A DNA stretch of 64,000 bases from Gemmatimonadales bacterium (GTDB lineage: Bacteria; Gemmatimonadota; Gemmatimonadetes; Gemmatimonadales; GWC2-71-9). Below, piece after piece: positions 57,374 through 64,000 of the stretch; within the stretch, counting starts at the first letter, position 1, and every line of letters starts with the position of its first letter. The notes under the pieces were generated by a model. The model saw only the letters and a program-made list of their open reading frames with translations, did no database searches and was not told the origin of the DNA. The stretch spans positions 6,854 to 70,853 of the forward strand of contig DATGEQ010000089.1 of the NCBI GenBank assembly GCA_035309945.1. Reading direction: 5' to 3'. A program made the translations under genes and the position numbers.

Positions 57374-58493
57374 CCTGCGTGTTATAGAAGAAAGGCGAGA
57401 ACCGCACGTGGCCCGGCCTACTGTCGGCAATGATGCCGCCCGCCGCCAGGTGCCGTACGGCTGCCATCGGATCGGGCAGCGGGATCATCACGATGGCCGA
57501 CCGCCGCTCGACTTCGGGCGCGACCTTCGGTTTGAAGCCGGCACCGCGCAACGTGGCGATCAAATGTTCGGTGAGTGCAGCGGTCGTCTCGCGAATGACG
57601 GGAACGCCGATTTCCTCGATGTATGCGAGACCGCCGAGCTGGGCGTACACGGCGGCGAGCGACGGCGTGCCCATCTCGAAGCGACGCGCATCATCGTGAA
57701 GCGTCAACGCTCTGGGGTCGAACGCGAACTGTTCGCGCTGCCCGAACCACCCGGAGATCCGCGGCTCGAGCCGGCGCGCGACGGCCTGGCGCATATAGAG
57801 GAAGACGATGCCCGGGCCGCCCAGCAGCCACTTCAGGCCGCCGGCGACGAGCGCGTCGACCCCACTGTCCTGGACGTCAACCGGGATCTGCCCCACCGAT
57901 TGATAGGCGTCGATCAAGCACAACGCGCCGCGCGCGTGGGCGACCTCGGCGACGCGCTTGATGTCCTGAATCGCGCCGGTGGTGAAATACACGTGCGACG
58001 TCACGACCAGCGCGGTGCGGTCGTCCACCGCTCGCGCGATCGCTTCGACCGGTACGCTGATCTTGTCGGGACTCTCGACGACCACCAGCTCTACGCCGCT
58101 CCGCGCCTTGGCGAGCCACTGATACGCGACCGTCGGGAAATCGAGCGACGTGATCACGACCTTGGGGCGACGCCCATAGTCGAGCGACTCCGCCACCGCG
58201 CTCAGCGCCACCGAGATACTCGGCGCCAGCGCAACGTCGTGCGGCGCGGCGTTGATGATCCGCCCGTAGCGCGCCCGCAGGTCGCTCAGCGCTTCCCACC
58301 AGACGTCGTACCATGCCGCGGCGCCGCGGCTCTGCCAGATGTCGAGGAATTCCGCTACCTTGCGGCGAGACCGCTCGCCCAGAGGCCCGAGCGAGCAGGT
58401 GTTCAGGTAGACGCTGTCCCTGAAGATGGGAAACTCGCTCCGGTAGCGAGCGAGTCCGGGCGCGCGCGTCACAACGCTGCTTGCGAGCGTCAT
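57324..58493 (-). CDS. Class-V (PLP-dependent) aminotransferase-fold enzyme
   Basis: 389 aa. FPIFRDSVYLNTCSLGP, LIDAYQSVG and GGLKWLLGGPG are typical of the cysteine-desulfurase/kynureninase-like fold type I. Confidence 0.7.
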   Translation of the reverse strand: MTLASSVVTRAPGLARYRSEFPIFRDSVYLNTCSLGPLGERSRRKVAEFLDIWQSRGAAAWYDVWWEALSDLRARYGRIINAAPHDVALAPSISVALSAVAESLDYGRRPKVVITSLDFPTVAYQWLAKARSGVELVVVESPDKISVPVEAIARAVDDRTALVVTSHVYFTTGAIQDIKRVAEVAHARGALCLIDAYQSVGQIPVDVQDSGVDALVAGGLKWLLGGPGIVFLYMRQAVARRLEPRISGWFGQREQFAFDPRALTLHDDARRFEMGTPSLAAVYAQLGGLAYIEEIGVPVIRETTAALTEHLIATLRGAGFKPKVAPEVERRSAIVMIPLPDPMAAVRHLAAGGIIADSRPGHVRFSPFFYNTQDDHVRATERLASQPAH

Positions 58494-58501
58494 AGGCCGG
58501 G

Positions 58502-58509
58502 AATATACA
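58502..58509. promoter_or_regulatory. Shared AT-rich -10 element for divergent, apparently leaderless genes
   Basis: The 22-nt gap between the starts at 58493 (minus) and 58516 (plus) contains GAATATACA. This reads TATACA-N6-ATG on the plus strand and TATATT-N8-ATG on the minus strand. Confidence 0.4.
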
Positions 58510-58515
58510 GAAGGA

Positions 58516-58782
58516 ATGCGGCGTATCGCGAGTTGGTCGGCACTCTACTTCCGCCTGGCGCTCAAGGCGCTGGTGAATCCGCGGCTCGCGGTCGATTTAC
58601 TGCGCCTCACGTGGAGCTTCCGCGCGCGCGACTGGTATCGCCGGGCGCCGTTTCTGCCGCTCCCTCCGCGCGAGTACATGCAGTGGCGGATGTTCACCGC
58701 GTACGGCGACGAACAGGCGGTGCCGCCGGTGGCCGACGTCGTCAATTTCGCGCGCTGGCGGCGGGAGACGATGGGACTATGA
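58516..58782 (+). CDS. Hypothetical Trp/Arg-rich small protein (88 aa)
   Basis: ORF with good codon bias. The stop overlaps the queG ATG (ATGA). I recognised no domain. Confidence 0.5.
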   Translation: MRRIASWSALYFRLALKALVNPRLAVDLLRLTWSFRARDWYRRAPFLPLPPREYMQWRMFTAYGDEQAVPPVADVVNFARWRRETMGL

Positions 58783-59699
58783 GCGTCGAGATCAGACGTC
58801 GAGCGGCGGCGCTGGGGTTTGCCGCGACGGGAATCGCGCGACTCGATCGCAATCCGCACGCGGCTCAGCTCGACCGCTGGCTCGCCGCAGGTCACGCGGG
58901 AACGATGACGTATCTGCATCGGCAGGCGGAAAAACGCAGGGACCCCCGTCGTATCATGGCCGGCGCCAAGTCCGCGGTGGTTACGCTCACCAATTACTTC
59001 CATGGAGCTCCGGAACCTGGCGCGGGCACGCGAGTCGCGCAGTACGCCTGGTCTTCGGACTATCATGAGGTTCTTGGTGAGCGTCTCGAGCAGCTCGCGG
59101 CGGTGATCAAACTGTTGATCCCCGGCTCTACGACCCGCTGTTACGTCGACGCGGGTCCCGTTCCCGAGCGCGAGCTCGCGCAGCTCGCCGGCCTGGGCTG
59201 GATCGGCAAGAACATGATGTTGATTCATCCCGACATCGGCTCGTTCACGTTCATCGGCGTCGTGTTGACCGACGCTGCGCTCGAGGCCGATCTGCCGTTC
59301 GCGGCCGATCGCTGCGGGACGTGCCGGCGTTGCCTCGATGCGTGTCCGACGCAAGCCTTCGTCGGCCCGCGCGATCTCGACGCGCGCGCCTGTATCTCGT
59401 ATCTCACGATCGAGCACCGCGCCGACTTCACGGCCCAGGAACGCGAGCGGGTCGGTGAGTGGCTGTTCGGCTGCGACGTGTGCCAGGATGTGTGTCCCTG
59501 GAACGTGAGCTTCGCCCACCCGACCGTGGATGCGGCACTCACGCCTCGCCCCGACATCGCCGCGCCCGACGTACGCGCGCTGGCGCAACTCGACGAGCCC
59601 GAGTTTCGTCGCCGTTACGACGGCACGCCCTTCACCCGCCCCGGGCATCGCGGCATGCAGCGCAACGCAGCGGCGGTACTCGCGCATGACGACGACTGA
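58779..59699 (+). CDS. queG: Epoxyqueuosine reductase
   Basis: Last 306 codons of the 837-aa track ORF, starting at ATG 58779 (MSVEIRRRAAALGF...). It has two 4Fe-4S motifs (CGTCRRCLDACP, CDVCQDVCPWN) and LAGLGWIGKN. Confidence 0.9.
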   Translation: MSVEIRRRAAALGFAATGIARLDRNPHAAQLDRWLAAGHAGTMTYLHRQAEKRRDPRRIMAGAKSAVVTLTNYFHGAPEPGAGTRVAQYAWSSDYHEVLGERLEQLAAVIKLLIPGSTTRCYVDAGPVPERELAQLAGLGWIGKNMMLIHPDIGSFTFIGVVLTDAALEADLPFAADRCGTCRRCLDACPTQAFVGPRDLDARACISYLTIEHRADFTAQERERVGEWLFGCDVCQDVCPWNVSFAHPTVDAALTPRPDIAAPDVRALAQLDEPEFRRRYDGTPFTRPGHRGMQRNAAAVLAHDDD

Positions 59700-59955
59700 A
59701 GCAATTACCGACCTGCTGCGGCGGCTTGCCGATGGACTCGCCAAGATCGATCCGCACCACCGGCTGCTGGGACGTCCCGTCAGCTACCGCGTAATCGACG
59801 GACAGACAATCGAGATCACGTATCGCGACGTCGCGGGCATCGCCGAAGCCGAAGTTCTCGGCGTCAAGCGGATCATCGGCCGGGATTGTTTTTGCAGTGT
59901 GAGCCCGCAAACCGCCGAGCAGCTCACCGTGAGGTTCGTCGTTCCACTCAAGTAG
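59686..59955 (+). CDS. Hypothetical small protein (89 aa)
   Basis: ATG 59686 overlaps the queG 3' end by 14 nt. The sequence is MTTTEAITDLLRRLADGLAKIDPHH.... I recognised no domain. Confidence 0.45.
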   Translation: MTTTEAITDLLRRLADGLAKIDPHHRLLGRPVSYRVIDGQTIEITYRDVAGIAEAEVLGVKRIIGRDCFCSVSPQTAEQLTVRFVVPLK

Positions 59956-60028
59956 ATCGAAGGAATGAACTGAAGCAACCCGGGCACCCGGGCATGGAGC
60001 TTGCGCTCTATGCCACACGAGGTGCTCG

Positions 60029-60385
60029 ATGCAAACCCGAATTCTCGCGCCGCTGGCGTTGGCGGTTATGGCTGCCTGCGCCGGCGCGACACGATACACA
60101 CAGTGGCCCTATGAAGCGCCGATGATGTTGGTCCGCAATCCGACCGCGAATACGCTCGTCGTTCTCGCGCGCGACGGCGCGGGGCGAGAGCTCGTCGCCG
60201 CGCGGATCGAACCGAACAGGACGCAGTGCTTTCGCTGGCCGTTCCTCCATGCCATCGGCTATCTGGCCGCCACCGAGGCGACGACCGACACATTGACCAC
60301 CCAACCCTTCCGGCCATGGTCGGCGGATGGCTGGGAGTGGTCCGGCGAAGTCGAGCCGAGATCGAATCCGAACGCTTGTCGCTGA
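60029..60385 (+). CDS. Lipoprotein of unknown function (118 aa)
   Basis: MQTRILAPLALAVMAACAG carries a lipobox. Confidence 0.6.
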   Translation: MQTRILAPLALAVMAACAGATRYTQWPYEAPMMLVRNPTANTLVVLARDGAGRELVAARIEPNRTQCFRWPFLHAIGYLAATEATTDTLTTQPFRPWSADGWEWSGEVEPRSNPNACR

Positions 60386-60386
60386 A

Positions 60387-61868
60387 CTACTGCGCGGCGA
60401 CGCGCGTGACGATGTCGTAGACGAAGCGGATCCCGAAGCGGAGCGCTTCGATGCTGACGTGCTCGTTGTTCCCGTGGACTCCGCGCGCGGCATCCGCCGT
60501 CAGCGGAAACGGCCCGATACCGTAGCTCGCGATGCCCAGACTGCGGAAGTAGTGGCTGTCGGTGAATCCCGCCAGCATGAGCGGCGTCACGAGCGCCTTG
60601 GGGTGGCGCGCGTGCGCGGCCGCGGTGATGGCGCGAAACAACTCCGTTTCCGCCGGACTTTCGGTCGCGGGCCAGTTGGGGCCCTCCGGTTTGATCGTCA
60701 CCGCCGTATCTCCTACGATACGGGTGATGTCCGCGAGAAACGCGGCCGGATCCTGGCCCGGGAGCAGTCGCACGTCGATCGCCGCGGTCGCGACGGGCGG
60801 AATGACGTTGGTCTTATCGCTGCCTTTCAATCCGGTGATCGAGATGGTGTTTCGCAGGAGAGCGTTGTACGTGATGTCGCTGGTGATCGCGCGGGCGGCG
60901 ACCGAGTCGCGCAGCGCCGCGCGAATGTCGCTCAACCAGCGACGTGCCGTCGAATCGCGCTCGATCGTGGCGAGATCGTGAAATGAGCGCTCGACGGTAG
61001 GCGTCACGATCAACGGCGTCTGCCAATCCACGACGCGACTCAACGCACGAATCAGTCGGTGGACGGGATTGTCGTGCGTCGGGCGCGAGCCGTGTGCGGC
61101 GGTACCGTGCGCCGTGACATCGAGCCAGAACGGCGACTTCTCGGTCGTTCCGACGGCGTAGAAGTCCACGCCGCCGTGGCCGTCGGCGTGCGTTTCGCCG
61201 CCTTCGTTCAGCACGAACTCTGCGTTGCGCACGAGGTCCGGCTCGTGCTCCACCATCCATCCCGCGCCGACGCCGACGCCGATCTCTTCATCCGATGTCG
61301 CGAGAAAGATGATGTCGCGTTTGAGCGGCACGTGCGCGCGTTTCAGCACCAGCATCGTCATCAGCTCGGTGATGGCCACGCCCTTCATGTCGAGCGCGCC
61401 GCGGCCCCACACGGCGCCGTCCTTGATCACCCCACCGAATGGATCGACACTCCAGTACTCGGGCGACGCGAGCACGACGTCCATGTGGTTCAGCAGAATG
61501 ATCGGGCGGGCGCTGCCGTCGCCGGCCAGGCGCGCGTAAAGATTCGCCTTGCCGGGCGCGGGCTCGAAGATCCGCGACTCGATGCCGTCGCGCCGCAAGA
61601 CCTCGGCGAGCCAGCGTGCTGCGGCGATTTCATGGCCCGGTGGATTGGTCGTATTGATGCGCAGGTATTGCGACAGCAGCGCCGTCGCCTCGTCGCCCAG
61701 TGCCTTCCAGTCGGCGTCGGTCGGCGCGGTGAGCAGCGCGACGCGCGCCGGCGTTTCGAGCACCGGCGCCGACGAAGGTCCTGTCAACGGCGGCGCCGGA
61801 GGCCGATGCGCGCACGCCGCGAAGAGCGCGAGCGCGAATGACGGGAGCAGTCGCGAGATTGTGCTCAC
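60387..61868 (-). CDS. M20-family metallopeptidase (dipeptidase/carboxypeptidase-like), secreted
   Basis: GTG start with a signal peptide. Metal-ligand motifs LLNHMDVV and FLATSDEEIG, plus a dimerisation-domain insert. Confidence 0.85.
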   Translation of the reverse strand: MSTISRLLPSFALALFAACAHRPPAPPLTGPSSAPVLETPARVALLTAPTDADWKALGDEATALLSQYLRINTTNPPGHEIAAARWLAEVLRRDGIESRIFEPAPGKANLYARLAGDGSARPIILLNHMDVVLASPEYWSVDPFGGVIKDGAVWGRGALDMKGVAITELMTMLVLKRAHVPLKRDIIFLATSDEEIGVGVGAGWMVEHEPDLVRNAEFVLNEGGETHADGHGGVDFYAVGTTEKSPFWLDVTAHGTAAHGSRPTHDNPVHRLIRALSRVVDWQTPLIVTPTVERSFHDLATIERDSTARRWLSDIRAALRDSVAARAITSDITYNALLRNTISITGLKGSDKTNVIPPVATAAIDVRLLPGQDPAAFLADITRIVGDTAVTIKPEGPNWPATESPAETELFRAITAAAHARHPKALVTPLMLAGFTDSHYFRSLGIASYGIGPFPLTADAARGVHGNNEHVSIEALRFGIRFVYDIVTRVAAQ

Positions 61869-61893
61869 GGCCGGAAAATATATCCCGGCCGTG
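61866..61893 (-). promoter_or_regulatory. Inverted repeat CACGGCCGG-N10-CCGGCCGTG enclosing TATATT and the GTG start
   Basis: Perfect 9-bp arms. The loop carries TATATT (61877..61882), which lies 8 nt upstream of the GTG at 61868. That GTG forms the last 3 nt of the downstream arm. Confidence 0.4.
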
Positions 61894-61972
61894 AGCCTTC
61901 GCTGCTACGGATGCGGTGGTGCGGGCGCGGAGCTATCCGGGACGACGGCGAGGTGGGCATCTTCGTCGTGCC

Positions 61973-63181
61973 CTAGCCCGCACCACCGGCGAGCAGCCGA
62001 GCCTCCGGACGCCGCCGCAACGCCAACATCGCAACGATGCCCAACGCGGGCCCGAGCGCGAGCACGCTCATGCTCCATCGCCAGCCGATCGCTCCCGCAG
62101 CCCGCGGTAACAGATAGATCGTCGCGCACGTCAGCAGGAACCCCATGCTGGTCTGCAGTGTGAGCGCGGTGCCCACGTACTCGGTTGGCGCGAGCTCGCT
62201 GACCGCTGCCGAGAACTGCGCGGAATCCGCGACGATGCTGACGCCCCAGGCCAACAGCAACGGGAGGAGCGCGACGAGTGGCGCGCCAAAGACGAACCCA
62301 GCCAAGAGACAACAGCCGCCCGAGATTGCCATGGCGACGCTGGTGACGATCGTTCGCCCCCAGCGGTCGGCGTACTTCCCGCCGAGCCAACAGCCGATCG
62401 CGCCGCTGCCCACGACACCGAAGGTGACGAGCGCGGCAACGCCACCGACGTCGGCCGCGACGCCGCGCCGGGCGTGCTCGCTAGCCGCGACGAACGCGGC
62501 TATCCACGTCCACATGGCGTACAGTTCCCACATGTGCCCCAGGTAACCGAGATTGGCGAGCGCAACGGCGCGATCCCGCAAGATTCGGGGGGCCGCGGCA
62601 AGCGAAAATGGCGGCGACGGCGCGGCGAACGGTCCATCGCTCGGCACCAGCAGCACGAGGAGGCCACCGGCGATTGCGCTCGCGGCGGCGACGACCAGGA
62701 CGACACGCCAAGCGGCTGGCGCCACCACCCACCGAACCAGATGCGGGCTGGCCGAGCCCAGCGTGAGCGCGCCCACCAGGATGCCGATTGCCAGTCCTCT
62801 TCCTTCTTTAAACCACCCCGCTGCGATCTTCATTCCGGGTGGATAGACGCCGGCAAGCGCCGCGCCCGTCAGCAGGCGGCAAGCGATGCCGGCGGTGATT
62901 CCGCGCGCAGCGGCCACCCCAAGCGTGGCGAGCGCCGCGAGCGCCGCGGACCCCGCGACCAACCGGCGCGCGGACAGACGATCGGCGAGCGTGAGAATCG
63001 CGCTCACGAGCGCGCCGGCGACGAATCCCAACTGCACGGAGATCGTGAGCCAGGCGGTCGTCACAGGTGAGAGCTGCCAGACACGCGACAGCGTGGGCGC
63101 GACAGCGGACGCGCTGAACCACGGCGCCATGGCGAGCAACTCTGCGATGGCCAGCACCGCCAAGACCCGCCGTGACGTCAC
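61973..63181 (-). CDS. MFS transporter
   Basis: GTG 63181 overlaps the upstream stop (GTGA). It encodes 402 aa with about 12 hydrophobic helices. The upstream part of the 517-aa track ORF is Arg-rich and overlaps the Nif3-like gene. Confidence 0.75.
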   Translation of the reverse strand: MTSRRVLAVLAIAELLAMAPWFSASAVAPTLSRVWQLSPVTTAWLTISVQLGFVAGALVSAILTLADRLSARRLVAGSAALAALATLGVAAARGITAGIACRLLTGAALAGVYPPGMKIAAGWFKEGRGLAIGILVGALTLGSASPHLVRWVVAPAAWRVVLVVAAASAIAGGLLVLLVPSDGPFAAPSPPFSLAAAPRILRDRAVALANLGYLGHMWELYAMWTWIAAFVAASEHARRGVAADVGGVAALVTFGVVGSGAIGCWLGGKYADRWGRTIVTSVAMAISGGCCLLAGFVFGAPLVALLPLLLAWGVSIVADSAQFSAAVSELAPTEYVGTALTLQTSMGFLLTCATIYLLPRAAGAIGWRWSMSVLALGPALGIVAMLALRRRPEARLLAGGAG

Positions 63182-63933
63182 AATCCTGTGGGATGATCCA
63201 GAAACACCCAGGGCAGGTCGAACTTCTTGGAAACGTGTTCGGCGAGCGCTTTGACGCCGACCGTCTCGGTCGCGTAGTGACCGGCGTAATAAACGTTGAG
63301 ACCGAGCTCCTCGGCGTCGAAGAACGTCCAATGCTGCCCTTCGCCGGTCACGAATGTATCGAGTCCCGCCGCCGCGGCCTGCGGAATGAGCGAGCCACCC
63401 GAACCGGTGACGATGCCGATGCGCTGCACGCGCTCCGGGCCGAACGGAAAGACTCGTGGCGCACTGCCCAACGTTTTGGTGAGCGCCCAGGTCAGCTCGT
63501 CGCGAGTGCCGCGGTACTCGCCCCACACGCCCGCTGGCGCACCGTGATACGAGCCAAAGTCGCTCCGCACCTTGATCCCGAGAAGGCGGGCGAGCACGTG
63601 GTTATTGCCGACGTCGGGATGACGGTCGAGGGGAAGGTGCGCCGCGTAGAGCGCGATGTTCGATTTGATCAAGCCGGCGATACGTCGATAGGCCGGACCG
63701 ACCAACGGACGTAAGCCACCCCAGAACATGCCATGATGGACCAGCAGCAGATCCGCACGCCGCTCCGCCGCCTCTCGCACGGTCGCCTCGCAGAGGTCGA
63801 CCGCCGCGGCGATGCGCGTAACCTCTCCGGCATTGCCGACCTGCAGTCCGTTTAATGCTTCGGGTGCGTCTGCGACTTCATCGACGACGCGGAGATATTC
63901 ATTGAGGAAATCGACCAGAGTGTCTAGGCGCAT
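63178..63933 (-). CDS. Nif3-like dinuclear metal centre protein (YbgI / GTP cyclohydrolase 1 type 2 homologue)
   Basis: 251 aa. NGLQVGN, DLLLVHHGMFWGG, YAAHLPLD and HYATE are family motifs. Confidence 0.85.
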   Translation of the reverse strand: MRLDTLVDFLNEYLRVVDEVADAPEALNGLQVGNAGEVTRIAAAVDLCEATVREAAERRADLLLVHHGMFWGGLRPLVGPAYRRIAGLIKSNIALYAAHLPLDRHPDVGNNHVLARLLGIKVRSDFGSYHGAPAGVWGEYRGTRDELTWALTKTLGSAPRVFPFGPERVQRIGIVTGSGGSLIPQAAAAGLDTFVTGEGQHWTFFDAEELGLNVYYAGHYATETVGVKALAEHVSKKFDLPWVFLDHPTGL

Positions 63934-64000
63934 TTAAGACACCGTAGACACACTATCGAAGCAGTTAGCCAGCTTTCCACACGCCCAGCACGTGTAAACA

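Noticed and set aside
57186-58778. N-terminal ~530 codons of the 837-aa plus-strand track ORF
   Set aside because: Only the last 306 codons (from ATG 58779) are QueG. The upstream part is antisense to the LOG and aminotransferase genes. It also runs through the real 88-aa ORF region in another frame.
59975-59995. CCCGGGCACCCGGG hairpin as a terminator after the 89-aa ORF
   Set aside because: The stem is only 5 bp with a 4-nt loop and there is no U-tract. That is too weak to call.
1-64000. Whole-window scan for tRNA, rRNA, CRISPR arrays, IS elements, integrases and prophage genes
   Set aside because: None was seen. Intergenic space is minimal and every long stretch is accounted for by a motif-bearing CDS. 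I saw no direct-repeat/spacer periodicity and no transposase or recombinase motifs.

Overview
High-GC, very gene-dense bacterial chromosomal window with about 56 protein-coding genes. I found no rRNA, tRNA, CRISPR array, transposase, integrase or phage genes. The protein repertoire looks Gemmatimonadota-like, but that is inference only. It includes OmpA porins with thrombospondin-type-3 repeats, many secreted TPR and peptidase proteins, a fused E1 alpha-beta dehydrogenase and a membrane-fused spermidine-synthase homologue. Most genes are housekeeping or envelope functions: ispH, pfk, lon, rsgA, queG, glpD, fadI/fadJ, proline dehydrogenase, an aconitase-family enzyme, and M14/M20/M28/S41 peptidases. 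Genes sit in long co-directional strings joined by 1-4 nt stop/start overlaps. The ORF track is full of long Arg/Ala/Pro-rich antisense ORFs typical of high-GC DNA, and I rejected these. Main points of interest: (1) an unannotatable SelW/Rdx-like selenoprotein gene (6638..6865, minus) with an in-frame UGA in a CxxU motif and a SECIS-like hairpin 10 nt downstream. (2) A six-gene, tightly overlapped operon (51951..58493, minus) closed by a perfect 26-nt palindrome. It encodes a class-V aminotransferase, a LOG-family protein, a deoxyhypusine-synthase-like enzyme, an MFS transporter, a Ddl-like ATP-grasp ligase and a four-zinc-ribbon HExxH metallopeptidase. This is my best candidate for an undescribed polyamine/peptide-conjugate system. 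(3) An eight-gene minus-strand string (28286..39722) with two paralogous secreted TPR proteins, each coupled to a small ORF. (4) A lipoprotein TsdA-like dihaem cytochrome paired with a Tat-exported DsrE-like protein. (5) Recurrent leaderless-type promoter geometry in extremely short divergent intergenic gaps, and a CATG where two divergent start codons overlap. (6) Non-ATG starts (CTG, TTG) embedded in NTGA overlaps. (7) Simple-sequence tracts: (GCCCCC)4 inside a CDS and a G10 tract upstream of an orphan gene. All functional calls rest on motifs I read in the translations; no database search was run.
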